From: Octopus vulgaris
Taxonomy: Eukaryota
DNA: 64,000 bases
Direction of reading: 5' to 3'
Assembly (NCBI GenBank): GCA_951406725.2
Contig: OX597823.1
Location: 116,188,001 to 116,252,000 of the forward strand
How positions within the stretch are numbered: the first letter of the stretch is position 1; the number at the start of each line of letters is the position of its first letter. The notes beneath the pieces were generated by a model. The model saw only the letters and a list, made by a program, of their open reading frames with translations, was not told the DNA's origin and did no database searches. Below are positions 37,270 to 51,702 of this stretch, in pieces. The translations under genes were made by a program, and so were the position numbers.

Positions 37270-37640
37270 GTTGAGCGAACGGTCTTTGTCCCAGAGCTCG
37301 CAAGATGGGAAAAATCCGAAACGTGGTCCTTTGCTATTCGTAAGACCCGCAGAAGAGAAAGCAGGTCAACCCCCGACACCGAGAGCATCGACGGATGGAT
37401 GAATGCGCATCCAGGCTCAGCAGTTGCGTAGGAAGTCGGGGGACAAGAAACAGGAAGAACGAGTGAGAGAAAGTTGGGGTGAAAGAGTACAACAGGGGTC
37501 GCCACCACCCCCTGCCGGAGCCTTGTGGAACTTTAGGTGTTTTCGCTCAATAAACACATAACGCCCAGTCTGGGAATCGAAATCGCGATCCTCCAACTGC
37601 GAGTCCCCTGCCCTAACCACTGGGCCATTGCACCTCCACT
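37270..37640 (-). mobile_element. tRNA-derived SINE family E
   Basis: TGGCCCAGTGG A-box, GTTTCGATTCC B-box; inserted in a (GCT/GTT)n tract. Confidence 0.88.
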
Positions 37641-38315
37641 GCTGCTGCTGCTGTTGTTGTTGTTTTTTAACCCCAGGTCAACCATCACTGATCAAAGCTA
37701 AAGTCAAAAGTGTCCCAGCTAGGATATCTTATAGTGTCACTTTCCGTAATATATCATGATTTTCTGAAAATGGTGGATTGTGATATGAGTGAAATTTGGT
37801 TGGTATTTCTAGAGGAATAACCACATTATGTTCTCTAATTGGCTTTAATGATATAAATAATCAATTATGTATCAATTAAGAACTCTATCCTGCCATTATT
37901 GTGGTTATATCATCTTACCCAAGAATATGAAAGCGATGGATCCATATAACGGCACCAGCCTAAGTTGTGATATAACAGCATTAAAACACTTTCAATCAAT
38001 CAATAATTGGATTTAGGTTTCATTAAATATATTGGAGCTTTCTATAATACTTGGTTGTATTAATGTATTATGTGTCAATTTGATAGGTAGAGATTGACAA
38101 CAGTTTCAACACACTGGAAGCTGATCTACTTAACAACAACAACAACAGCATTGGCAGCAGCTAAAATTGCTTTGATGAGGATTAGGTATCATTTATATGT
38201 AATATATATGTTGATCCTCCAACACCAACAACAACACCATCACCAACAATGATCACAACATCAACAAAACGTTGCTTTGATAAGGAAGTGTTGTCATTCA
38301 TAAACAAGTGTTGAT

Positions 38316-38347
<32 letters not shown>

Positions 38348-38545
38348 GACACAAATAGCAACATCAGCACCACCACCACTACACCAAGAACAACAATGCC
38401 AACACCACCAACAGCATCAGCAATCTCCTGCAATCATTTCCCCCACAGAGTTGTCTGTAGATATCAAAGATATTTAACACCACAGTTGAAATCCACCATG
38501 CTAGAAACATTGTTCCTTTCTCTTCTGATCCAGATAAACAGTAGC

Positions 38546-38591
<46 letters not shown>

Positions 38592-38671
38592 GCATGCAAA
38601 CATAGAGAACATACACAACATGCACAGAACATACTCACTCACAACATAGACTATACACACATATATCATAG

Positions 38672-39300
38672 GCACAGATGTTGCTGAGTTGTAAGATGCT
38701 TGCTCACAAACCGCCTGGTTTTGGGTTCAGTCCCACAATGTGAGACCTTGGGCAACAGTCTTCTGCTGTAGCCTCAAGCTGACCAAAGACTTGTGAATGG
38801 ACTTGGCAGATGGAAACCGTAAGAAACTGTAAGAAACTGTAAGAAGGTGGTGAGCTGGCAGAAACGTTAGCACGCTGGGCGAAATGCTTAGAGATATTTT
38901 GTCTGCCATTACGTTCTGAGTTCAAATTCCGCCGAGGTCGACTTTGCCTTTCATTCTTTCGGGGTTGATTAAATAAGTACCAGTTATGCACTGGGGTTAA
39001 CCCGTTTGTCCTTGTTTTTCCCCTTTGTGTGTAGCCCCTTGTGAGTAGTAAAGAAATAGGAAACTGCAAGAAGCCAGTCATTTGTGTGTGTAGGGAGAGT
39101 CTGTGTTTGTCCCCCACCACTGCCATTTGACAACCAGTGCTGGTTTGTTTATGTCCCAGTTACTTGATGGTTTGACAAAAGAGACCAATAGAATAAATAC
39201 TAGGCTTAAAAAATGAAAAATAATAAGTCCTGGAGTTGATATGTTCAACTAAAATCCTTTGAAGTGGTGCCCTAGAATAACAGTAGTTTAATGTTTAAAA
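38672..39300 (+). mobile_element. SINE family A interrupted by SINE C (38846-39060)
   Basis: The two A halves rejoin across the TSD gaaactg(t/c)aagaa. Confidence 0.8.
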
Positions 39301-39341
39301 CAATATATACGTATGTATATATACATGTATGTGTGTGTGTG

Positions 39342-39654
39342 CAGTGGCGGATGGGGTCTAAAAATATTGGTTGATAGGAGACTAAGAGGGCCCACCCGCA
39401 ACTACAAGGGGGCCCACCCACAACTACCATGCTATCATTTATTTTTTTTTTTTGTTAAAAGTATTCTTTTCAACTATCTACAAACACAGCCAGGCTGAAA
39501 TAATTTATGCATTCTTCCAGGAGTGAATAAAAATTTCTCAAACTTGAGGTGATAGGCCCCTTATATACTAACATGGGCCCCCATATACGGATTGTAATGG
39601 CGCAGGGGCCCACTTATCATCGAGCAAGCTGGCAACCTGGCCAGTCTGCCACTG
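39342..39654. mobile_element. hAT-type MITE
   Basis: TIRs cagtggcggatgg / ccagtctgccactg; subterminal gggccc motifs; TSD unclear. Confidence 0.7.
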
Positions 39655-39980
39655 CATGTGCTTGCATGTGTGAGTGCATATGTGTGCACTTACACACTTA
39701 CACATGTGTATTGTGTATGTGTCTGTGTTTGTCTCCCATCACCACTTGCCAGCTGGCATCAACATATGTACCTCCTTGTAACTTAGCAGTTCAGCAAAAG
39801 ACACCTATAGAATAAGTACCAACCTTAAAAAACAAAAAAACTAACAGGATTCATTTGCTCAACTAGACTCTTCAAGGCAGTGACTCATCATGACAGTTGC
39901 CCATCAGCAGAAACCAGTGAAAAAAGGTAGAAAGGTAACACATAAACCATATGAAATGCATGCAATATTGCTGACCAGTA

Positions 39981-40611
39981 AGGTGGCACGCTGTCAGAGG
40001 CATTGGAATGCCAAGCAAAATGGTAAGAGGTATTTCGTCTGCCGTTATGGTGTGAGTTCAAATTCCGCCGATGTCAACTTTGCCTTTCATCCTTTCGGGG
40101 TCGATAAATTAAGTACCAGTTACGCACTGGGGGATGATATAATCGACTTAATCCGTCTGTCTGTCCTTGTTTGTCTCCACTGTGTTTAGCCCCTTGTGGG
40201 TAGAAAAGAAATAGGTATCTCGTCTGCCGCTACGTTCTGAGTTCAAATTCCACCATGGTCGACCTTGTCTTTCATCCTTTCAGGGTCGATAAATTAAGTA
40301 CCAGTTGTGTACTGGGGTCGATCTAATTGACTAGCCCCCTCCCCCAAAATGTCAGGCCTTGTGCCTAGAGTAGAAAAGAATATAGTGCAGATACTAGGCG
40401 GTGAGCTGGCAGAAACGTTATCACGCAGAGTGAAATGATTAGTGGTATTTCGACTGTCTTTGTGTTCTGAGTTCAAATTCCACCGAGCCCGACTTTGCCT
40501 TTCATCCTTACAGGTTCGATAAATTAAGTACCAGTTGTGTATTAGGGTCAGTCTAATTGACTAGCCCCTTGCTAAAAATTTCGGGCCTTGTGCCTAGAGT
40601 AGAAAAGAATA
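39981..40611 (+). mobile_element. SINE C mixed-tail dimer (39981-40381) plus monomer (40397-40611)
   Basis: Three family C bodies in tandem. Confidence 0.88.
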
Positions 40612-41279
40612 TTTCTAGCCAGTGGTTGTTTCTACCAAACCATTCTATGTCACGGTCAGCCAGAAGTAGATTCTGCCATATCTGAAGACACGAAACTATA
40701 ATTAACATTGAACGGTAACTCCATCTCTCTCTCTCTCTTTCTACCTTTCTTTTACCCTCATACTACCTCACTTTCTCTCTCTATCTTTTTCAATCTCTTT
40801 CTTCCTCTCTCTCTCTCTCTCTCTCCCTCTTTCTCTTGTCATTTGTCCTTTGTTTTCCCTTTTTCTCCTCTGAACTGTAGATGAACAGTCATCTTGTCTT
40901 TCATTTTCTAAGATAAAGCTTCATTTTTCTCATCTAAAGAAACATTAATTAGATTCATTAATTTAATTTAATAAGAGGATCTAAAGATTAATTATTAAAC
41001 TAATTAAGAGTAAAGCTTATTATGACCAGAAGATTTCACAACTTCTCATCTTTCATTACACACATACACAAATACAAATCTATATATACATATTTACACA
41101 CACACACACACATACACACACACATGCACACATGCATGTGTGCATGTGTGTGTGTATAATATCATCATCAGTCAACATCCTTCTTCCGTGAAGGCATAGG
41201 TCGGACTTTTTGACAAGATCCAAGGAGCTGGACTGCATCAGGCAACACTATCATTTCTATGCATACACACACAAACATA

Positions 41280-41364
<85 letters not shown>

Positions 41365-41409
41365 CTCTCTCTCTCTCTGTATATATATATATATATATAT
41401 GTATAAATA

Positions 41410-41537
41410 TAGTTGAAATTTATAGAAAAACACAAGATGAAGACGGGTCTATGAACAACAAGCAGGTGTATTAGTTTGACACTCGGGGAAATGAAAAAGT
41501 CTTTTATGTTTCAAGCCTACACTCTTCAACAGAAAGG

Positions 41538-41540
<3 letters not shown>
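41410..41540 (-). mobile_element. Penelope-like pLTR end with minimal hammerhead variant (41501-41536)
   Basis: Reverse complement of the 63765-63890 family; CUUU-CUGUUGA-A-GAGU..GCUU-GAAACAUA-AAAG. Confidence 0.6.
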
Positions 41541-41568
<28 letters not shown>

Positions 41569-41659
41569 CTAATAGTATATCCTTTTACTTTTGGTATTCG
41601 AGTACTATTTTTCCCACCTTGTTTTGCATCGATGTGCTTACTTGTGTAAATATAAATCA

Positions 41660-42117
41660 AATTCGATGACTGGAACCCATGCCAGTGGAGCGCTAACAGC
41701 TCCATCCGAGCAGGATCACTGCCAGAGCAGCTGTCTGGCTTCCGTGCTGGTGGCACGTAAAAAGCACCAGTTGAGCATGATCGTTACCAGCATCACCTTA
41801 CTGGCACGTGAACAAAACATTCGAGCGAGGTCGTTGCCAGTGCCACTGGAATGACTCCTGTGCAGGTGGCACATAAAAAACACAATTTCAAGTGTGGCCG
41901 TTGCCAGTACCACCAGACTGGTCCTCGTGCCAGTGACACGTAAAAGCACCCACTACAATCTCGGAGTAGTTGGCGTTAGGAAGGGCATCCAGGTGTAGAA
42001 ACTCTGCCAGATCAAGATTGGAGCCTGGTGCAGCCATCTGGTTCGCCAGACCTCAGTCAAATCGTCCAACCCATGCCAGCATGGAAAGCAGAGGTTAAAG
42101 GATGATGATGATGATAT
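41660..42117 (+). mobile_element. Family D element with tandem units
   Basis: Repeated gtgcc.gtggcacgtaaaa units then aggaagggcatcc and (GAT)n. Confidence 0.88.
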
Positions 42118-42142
42118 ATACATATAGATATACATACATACA

Positions 42143-42184
<42 letters not shown>

Positions 42185-42189
42185 AACAT

Positions 42190-42730
42190 TATCTTTTTCT
42201 TGTTTCATTCATTGGACTGTACCCATGCTGGGGCACCATCTTGAACAATTTAGTTGAAGAAATCGACACCAGTTGTCAAATAGTGGCAGGAGACAAGTAC
42301 AAAATGCACACATACAGATAACATCATCCTCATCATCATTTAACGTCTGCCTTCCATGCTGGCATGGGTTGGACGATTCAACAGGAACTGCCAAGTCAGA
42401 GCACTGTACCAAGCTCCTCTGTTTTGGCTTGGTTTCTATGGCTGGATGCCCTTCCTAATGCCAACCACTTTACAGAGTGGACTGGGTACTTTTTATGTGG
42501 CCCCTGCACCAACAAGGACTGCTTTGGCATGGTCTTTGTTGGATGCCCTTCCAAATGCCAACCACTTTACAGAGTGAACTGAATATATGTACACGGTGTT
42601 CTTTTAGTTTCCAGCTACCAAATTTGCTCAGAAGATTTTGGTCAGCCTAGGGTTATAGAAGAAGGCACTTACCCAAAGGGCCAAGTATGACGAAACCCTG
42701 AACCATATGATGGGAAGCAAACTTCTTACC
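42190..42730 (-). mobile_element. Decayed SINE A with nested D fragment (42322-42580)
   Basis: A tail 42190-42300, A head 42595-42730; the D part has a duplicated ggatgcccttcc..ccactttacagagtg. Confidence 0.7.
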
Positions 42731-42906
42731 CCCCCCCCCCCCGCACGTTTTACCCAACATATAATGGGCAGTTTTGGACATATACTTTTGATATAATAAG
42801 TACTATGAGAAAATATGGCATAAATCCCTTAAAATCCTTAAAAATATTTTAGCCCGAAGGCTGCGGCCATGCTGGGGCACCAATAACTATGCATACGATA
42901 ACTATA

Positions 42907-43280
42907 TTCTTTTATTCCTTTACTTGTTTCATTCATTTGACTGCAGCCATGCTGGAGCACCACCTCAAAGGGTTTTAGTCAAAGAAATCGATCCTAGCGC
43001 TTATTCATTGTAAGCCTAACCACTGACTTACAGGGACATAAACACACCAGCATTGGTCGTCAAATGATGACAAGACACAGACACATGCAAATATATACAT
43101 ATACATATATGATATATACATTTATATTATATACATATATAATATATACAGGCTTCTTTTAGTTTTTGTCTACCAAATCCACTCGAGTAGAAGACACTAG
43201 CCCAAGGTACCATACAGTGGGACTGAACCCAGAACCATGTGATTGCAAAGCCAGCTTCTTACCACATGGCCACATCTGCA
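42907..43280 (-). mobile_element. SINE family A
   Basis: Head and tail present, internal deletions. Confidence 0.85.
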
Positions 43281-43669
43281 CATTGGTGCTTATATAAAAT
43301 CATGAAATGAATACTAATTTTCAAAAAATAAATATTTATTCATTTCTAATATTATAAAATACAACAAAACACTGACGTACATTTTCATTCTCAATTAGTT
43401 CCAACAGATTTGAACAGGAATATTCTAATCACTGTCGTATTTCGTTTACAAAGAATAACTTCTTATTCCTCATTTGCATAACTCCTCCCATAAATACCCT
43501 GTCATTTACCCCACACCACTTCCATCCTACTTTCACATTGTCTCAGTAATGCTTTTCTCTTGCCGTGTGTGTATGGGGAGGGGATTGGTTTACATGTTGC
43601 ATGCGACCAAACAGAATATGTGCACTCATCCTACCCCTCTAATGTTAACTCTGTCTGTATATCTGTATA

Positions 43670-43700
<31 letters not shown>

Positions 43701-43718
43701 GTCTATCTATCTGTCTAT

Positions 43719-43951
43719 CTTTATTCTTTATTGCCCACAAGGGACTAACCATGGAGGGGACAAACAAGGACAGACAAACGGATTAAGTCGATTACATCGA
43801 CCCCAGTGCATAACTGTACTTAATTTATCAACCTCGAAAGTATGAAAGGCAAAGTCGACCTTGGCAGAATTTGAACTCAGAACGTAGTAGCAGACGAAAT
43901 ACTGCTGAGCATTTCGCCCGGCGTGCTAACATTTCTGCCAGCTCGCCACCT
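43719..43951 (-). mobile_element. SINE family C (type-1 tail)
   Basis: Full copy within (CTAT)n/(CT)n. Confidence 0.9.
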
Positions 43952-43979
43952 TATATCTATCTATCTATCTGTCTCTCTC

Positions 43980-44035
<56 letters not shown>

Positions 44036-44602
44036 AACCTCCCTGTTTCCATTCTATGTAAAGTGTGACTGGAGAAATCAACCAGTCAACAAACATTTAT
44101 ATCAGTTATTATTACATTGCAATACAAAGAGGCAGATAATATATATGCACACTATATATATATATAAAAATATATATATAAATATTCTTTTATTCTTTTC
44201 TTTGTTTCAGTCATTTGACTGTGGCCATGCTGGAGCACCGCTTTTAGTCAAATAAATCAACCCAGGACTTATTCTTTGTAAGCCTAGTACTTATTCTATC
44301 GGTCTCTTTTGCCGAACAGCTAAGTTACTGGACATAAACACACCTACATTGGGTGTCAAGCGATGTTGGGGAGACAAACATAAACACACAGACATATACA
44401 TACATTCATACATATATATATCATCATCATTTAGCGTCCGCTTTCCATGCTAGCATGGGTTGGACGGTTCAACTGGGGTCTGTGAAGCTGGAAGGCTTCG
44501 TCAGGCCCAGTCAGATCTGGCAGTGTTTCTACGGCTGGATGCCCTTCCTAACGCCAACCACTCCGTGAGTGTAGTGGGTGCTTTTTACGTGCCACCCGCA
44601 CG

Positions 44603-44645
<43 letters not shown>

Positions 44646-44677
44646 ATATGTATATATATATATGTATATATATATAC

Positions 44678-44730
<53 letters not shown>

Positions 44731-44736
<6 letters not shown>

Positions 44737-44999
44737 GTAAAACTAATTAAAAGGGCTAGCAACAGGCTGCTTCGCAGCATACCGAAGGAATTAGAAATGG
44801 CAGTCAAAGACTGTTTTTTCCATTTTCTATAAGTGGAGCAGCCTGTTGCTAGCCCTTTTAATTAGTTTTACTATATACTGAACTTTACAAAAGTTCCTGA
44901 CGATGAATTTGTCATATTTACATACTGAAATTTACCGGTAAATAATTGTTGGTTATATGAAAAACCACAGAAAAATTATTTACCATTTTTATTGCATTT

Positions 45000-45000
<1 letters not shown>
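44731..45000 (+). mobile_element. Foldback element F5 with hammerhead-like motif in its tail
   Basis: Perfect 41-bp arms 44731-44771 / 44837-44877; CUGACGA 44897, GAAA 44927, palindrome AUUUACCGGUAAAU. Confidence 0.65.
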
Positions 45001-45571
<571 letters not shown>

Positions 45572-45926
45572 CACACACAACAGGCTTCTTTCAGTTTCCG
45601 TCTACCAAACCCATTCACAAGGATTTGGTCGGCCCGAGGCTATAGTAGAAGACACTTGCCCAAGGTGCCACACAGTGGGGCTGAACCCAGAACCATGTGG
45701 TTGGTAAGCAAGCTACTTACTACATAGCCACTCCTATATATATATATATATATATATATATCATAAATAAATCTATGTACATATCTATGAATATATGTTG
45801 ACATACAGGCATAAATACACAATATAAAATATTTATACACACACACAAGTTGTCAGACAGTGGGGATATTCTTGTAATTTCCAGCTGACAACTGGTGAAA
45901 GAAATCTTTCATAGTTCAAGCTGTCC

Positions 45927-45961
<35 letters not shown>

Positions 45962-46088
45962 ATGTGCGTACCAACCTTTGATTGACTGGCTAAACAGTCA
46001 TTGTGTTTATCGTCATAAAACTGTTTAGCCTGTCGCTATACATTTTTTATATCTGTTGCCAGGTTTCATATGACATAATAATACTTAC

Positions 46089-46233
46089 GTCGCCTGTGAC
46101 AAAACCCGTGGAACAAGATTTTATGCAATACTCATCTACACATAACAGCTATTTGCTATATCTTATCTATTGCTACTCTGAAAACCTGATGGAGTGCTGA
46201 GCATATGGCGGCAACATCTTGACGTGTGGTGAA
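46089..46233 (-). other. Candidate non-coding exon
   Basis: ttctatttcacag|TTCA...GCGAC|gtaagt; stops in all three frames; non-repetitive sequence. Confidence 0.35.
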
Positions 46234-46691
46234 CTGTGAAATAGAATATGATCAAAGATGCCATCTAAGAAAGTGTTATCCATTGACATTATCTGTTGAA
46301 AACCTACAAATCTTGAGAAAGAATGATCTAGAAGTTGTTGAGTGGGTTTAGTTTATGTGTGTGTGTGTTTGTGCACGTGCGGGCATGTGTGCAATGTAGA
46401 TATTGTGTTTAACTGTACTGAGTGATTAAGGTAAAATATGGAAACTAAAGAAGCTGGTAAGGGAATGGTAATAATGTATAACAAACATCAATATTTATTT
46501 AACAGAACAGTTTGTGGAAGAAATGGTTTTGAGTTGAATTCTTGTGAGGTATAATAACAATGAAGATGGTTCACCTAAAAGTTAGATGAGATCAGAAGGT
46601 TTAAGTAATTGGAACAGTTGTTGGGGTAGATGAGGTTTTTGATGGAATATGGTTGTTAGAATAAGGATGGACACATAATAGCTTATTATTA

Positions 46692-46818
46692 TGCTTAGCA
46701 GTATTTCGTCTGCCGTTACGTTCTGAGTTCAAATTCCGCCAAGGTCGACTTTGCTTTCATCCTTTCAGGGTCGATAAATTAAGTACCAGTTACGCACTGG
46801 GGTCGATGTAATCGATGT
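46692..46818 (+). mobile_element. SINE family C fragment
   Basis: gttctgagttcaaattccgcc...taagtaccagttacgcactgg. Confidence 0.85.
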
Positions 46819-47707
46819 AATAGCTTATTATTATCTGAGAAGTGGACAGTTGATCCTGGTGTTGTATGATGATGATGATAGATACAATTCCAGTATCACC
46901 AGCATCAACTGTTAACCTTTCAGATGGTTCAAAATATAATATTGTGCTCACCCTTACTGTAACAATCAGTTTCCTGTCAAACCTTATAGTTCTCAACAGC
47001 TGTTTCTATTACACATACCATTCCATCGCAGCATCTTGCTATCTGTTACATCTTTTTTTGTTTTTTTGTTTTGTTTTGTTTTGGCCTTCTCTTTTGTGAC
47101 GCTCACCATCGGAAACATTTTTTCACGCTGAGAGTTGCTGAAGCATGGAACAAACTGCCAGCATCAGTTGTTAGCTGTCGAAGCACTGCATCCTTCAAAA
47201 CTTCCATGCTTCCTGAGATTTGCCAACACTACACCTGATTTTCTCCCCTCCATACACACACAAAGCATGTATCTGACTCATACACTGTTCACTTTCCAGA
47301 CATTTGTACATTACTGCATATGCTTTATACACACTTTTGACAAGTTGTGGTGCACCTGAGCACAGTATACAATAATTTCATTATTATTATGTATTCTGTA
47401 TATCCTTGGATCAGCTTTTATCCCATCCACTTGCATTTCTTCTTGGTCTTGATTTCTCACAGTTTTCTTCCCCTTGGTTATCTCAGCCTTTCTTTAACTA
47501 TCTGTTATCTTCCATGTGTATCACATCTCTTTATCAGCATTCTGCCACACCACAGGCAATTCTCTTTAAATCCAGTTTATCTCTCAGATCACATATACTA
47601 TACTGTTTGTGCTTACTAACATACATCCAGCAGAGTATGCTTGCTCTGTTTTTCACCAACCTTTGCACTCTTCTACATTTAGTGTCCATGTCTCACTACC
47701 ATACAGA

Positions 47708-48119
47708 CAGTGCTGGATTAATCATGAAGCAAAATAAGCACATGTTTATGGCATTAAGGGAAGTAGAGGGCACCGCAGAAATGAAAATGGTTTACGGCAT
47801 GAAAGAAATCACGTTAAACTCACCAAAATAATGTTCGTAATACCTAATCTCTTCTAAGTATAGAAGCAGAAGTTTTACGTAAAATTAATTTTAATGATAT
47901 CATCGAACACTTTGCAATGAAAAAAAATGCTTTTCAAATATAAAGTGGAAGTATACAAAAATAAACATTGTTTTCCACCTTAATTTTAATTTGTTTCATT
48001 TTGAAAAATAAAAATTTATTTTATGGTTTACTGTTTACATTTTGAACCATTTATGCATATTTGAGGGCACCAAAACCTTTTAAATACTTAGGGCCTCTAT
48101 GGGCCTTAATCTGGCCCTA
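47708..48119 (+). mobile_element. Non-autonomous hAT element
   Basis: TIRs cagtgctggattaa / ttaatctggcccta; 8-bp flanks catacaga / catgcagc; peptide LLSIEAEVLRKINFNDIIEHFAMKK resembles the hAT C-terminal dimerisation region. Confidence 0.8.
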
Positions 48120-49435
48120 CATGCAGCATTGCACTTCGTACATAAGTAACATATATTCTACCCTTGTTCACAGCAATTCGTTCATCTCTATGTCCTACGT
48201 ATCTAACTCTCAGTCTCTACTGTTTGTGTTCTGATTATGCTTTCTCAAACTCAGACTGATGGCTCCCTCTATTGGTTTACATCAGAAGAATGTGGCTACA
48301 ATAAACCTGCATCCTACTCAGGAAGAGCTGTCATCTGCTTCATACCATAGAAATCTCTGAAAATCACCAATCTTCTGGATATTTGTGATTAGAGGAAGAC
48401 TATATCTAGAGCAATGTGTTTCACATGTTTGAAGTGAATAAATTATTCTGTCTCTCAGAAGATACATAATCCTTGCTTGATTCATATTTTCACTGTTACA
48501 GATTTTATTCTTATTCGATGCTAGTGTGTGTTAGCAGTTATGAAAACACTGGCTTTAATAGAAAACAAATATCCAATTTGCAAACAGCATTCCTATCCAT
48601 TGTAGTATGGGGAAATTGCTGTTAAACAGTTATGTGTGTGAAGCAGACAAGATTAATATTTGATAAGAATGAAGTGTCTAACTTTGAGTGAAAAGTCAGC
48701 TTAATCAGTTCGTAATCAGGACTGGTGAGGAAGGGTTAATGAGCTTGTGGTAAATCAAAAATCATGGAAGACATAGTATTATCTTAATGAAGATATAATG
48801 TTGCTAAGGTTAACTAATGAAATGTCTGTGAAGACAGTCATATTTACAGATAAATCTAACTAGTTTTTGTATTGAAATGAAGACAACATCTTCTCTCTGA
48901 TGACGATCATACTTCAATTGTTGAAATAAAATACATCAATGATTATCAGGTGATTATCACTAAATCTATCACCCTTGTGTTGATGGTATCTCGGTAAGTT
49001 ATCCTGATAAATACAATAAAATGAAATAAAAATGCATAAGAATATTACAAGTTGTACTAATGAATTCACTACACATCATTTTTATGTCTTTAAAGAAATA
49101 TTTCTGAATAAATTCATGTAAAATATTCCATAAACATCTTCCCTACCCTATGTCTTTCATATTGCCTCATTTAGAATATCACAAAAGTTCTTCACATATT
49201 TTAACTGCTATTTTTTAAAATTTTATATCAATTGTTTGTTTTTTTTAATATGGCAACATTGAAATACTTTTTGTTCTTCCTATTTGTTATCCTTAATGGG
49301 ACACCTGGGTAAATTGATCAGCCCAAGTTATACAAGCTAAAAGGACTTTGGGGTCGATTCACTGACCTGATGAAACAAACATTTGGAAGTGTGATAACCA
49401 GAGATCGTCTTTCAGTAAATATAATATAAAACAAT

Positions 49436-49640
49436 ACCGCTTGACTGGCCCTCATGCCGGTGGCACATAAAAGCACCCACTACACTCTCAGAGTGGTTGG
49501 CATTAGGAAGGGCATCCAGCTGTAGGAACACTACCAGATCAGATTGGAGTCTGGTGCAGCCATCTGGTTCGCCAGACCTCAGTCAAATTGTCCAACCCAT
49601 GCTAGCATGGAAAGTGGATGTTAAACAATGAAGATGACGA
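49436..49640 (+). mobile_element. Family D element, 3' part
   Basis: aggaagggcatccagctgtag...catgctagcatggaaag. Confidence 0.85.
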
Positions 49641-51354
49641 TATATAGTTTTACATACTAATAAAGTAGTTTTAGGCACTTTATCTTTTATTTTTTACATG
49701 CACCAATCATTTGCAATCTCAACAAAAAATAAACATTTTGGCCTTTTTGGCTACACATACCAAAACACAGTGTGTCTCAAAAGGTTTAACTAGAATGACC
49801 CCCCCATTTGTAAAGTCAAATTTAACATCACTTAGGTCAAATAAGATAATCGCAATAAAGTATCTTGCCCAGGGACCAAACACCATCAATGTGGTTGGGA
49901 TTGAACTGATTTAACAGCCATCAGTATTCCAGCTCGTTAACCTGAAAACCATAAATATATGATTGGTATGTACGAAATACTACATTGTTTGTCTTCATAT
50001 AGAGACATTACAAGAAATGATAAGTGTGCATCTATGAAACTTAGTAAGGTAATAAATTAATTGGATAGAGATTTACATTAGTAATTTATTGAATCTATTG
50101 ACTTGGAGGAAATAAGAAAATGAAAGTTGTGGTCTTAATGTATTTAAGGCTAAATGAATAGCTACAAGTAGGAATCAAAGACACAGCTTATTAGTAATCT
50201 ATCTTTTGCGCCACAGCACTCATGAATAAGAACATTGTAAAAGGAAAAAAAAAAGTAGTAAATTTGTGAATTGAAGAAATAGGTGACGCTAGTAGAGATA
50301 GTTTCTTGAACATTAAAGAAAAATATTAGATTATTCTGGAATCTTGGTCTCTGAATAAATAATGGTATTGTAAAGTGTCAATATTTAGAAAGTTGTTTGA
50401 TGAAGAAATATTGAACATATTCGGTATTGATTGTCATTTCAGAGATCTAACTTTCAGCTGTTGAATAACCCAGTTTCAGCAGAATCACAGAGTGGTTTCT
50501 GTTGGTGTCTAGACACAACCAATTTGCTAAATCAGATAGAAAAAGAAAGAGAAAAAAAAGAAGAAAAAAAAAAAGAAAAAGAAACATAAATGAAAGGAGA
50601 ATGAAAACAAACATTACAACAACAAAAGAATCCCCCCTTTTGGAAACAAAATCTATCGATTATTAAGTGTTGATCAGTTACGCAAGCTTCATATGTAAAG
50701 ATTGTGTAATTATACTACAGAATAACTTGTTCAACAAAGGATATTGTCTATTTTTATTTGTTTGTGCTGTGTTTTTGCTTGTATTGTGATAGTTGCATGT
50801 TGTACATAGTTACAGTAATCCAGTTTTAAACATATACATTAATTACTTTAATTTAAACTAACCTCACCAGCATAGCAATTGATGTAAAGCAGACATAATT
50901 TATTTCATTTGATGTTTAAATTACTTGAAGTTTTCATGTTGTTGTTTACTCAGCAGACAGTGTCTTCCTAATTTTGTTCTCCACAGTAATTTCGTATGGC
51001 AACTCGCTTCTCTAACAATTGAACTCACAGAAATAATATTTTACAATAACTGTCTCCCACATTAGAATGTCCATGGTTCCATCACAAGTTACACAGCCTA
51101 CGATATGAAGCCTTGTTAGCACAGTATATTAATATATTCTATTATCTATATTACTCATAACATGTAAGAATGGACAAGATAGAACTCAGAGTGATTGCAC
51201 TATAAACTAAAAGTACCTTGTCTTTGATCGTTCTTTGGCAGATTATAAGTGTCTTTTACTATACCAGTTCTATCAGACCCACTGAGAATTGTCTAATAAT
51301 TTCTCATCATGCTATCAGAAATAGTCATGTAAAAGTCATCATTAATATATATAT

Positions 51355-51617
51355 ATAAAATAAAAATAAATGTGCCCTTTTAAAGCCTAGCCAGGGTCAT
51401 GGGCCCGGTTTTCCGGTTTCTGTGGTGTATGTGTTCCGCAGCTGGACAGGAAGCCAGTCCATCGCAGCGTTACTCGTTTGTGCCAGCTAAGTGGACTGGA
51501 GTAACATGAAATGAAGTGTTTTACTCAAGAAAACAACGTGTCGCCCAGTCCAGGAACTGAAACCACAATCTTACGATCATGATGCTGACACTCTACCCAC
51601 TAAGCCACGTGCCTCCA
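51355..51617 (-). mobile_element. SINE family B'
   Basis: Homologous to 10375-10587. Confidence 0.88.
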
Positions 51618-51638
51618 CACACACTCACATATATATAT

Positions 51639-51702
<64 letters not shown>

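Noticed and set aside
40682-40700. ctgaagacacgaaac hammerhead-like core
   Set aside because: No room for stem II and no convincing stem I
41660-41950. Regularly spaced hairpin repeats resembling a CRISPR array
   Set aside because: No unique spacers, no cas genes, part of a dispersed eukaryotic repeat
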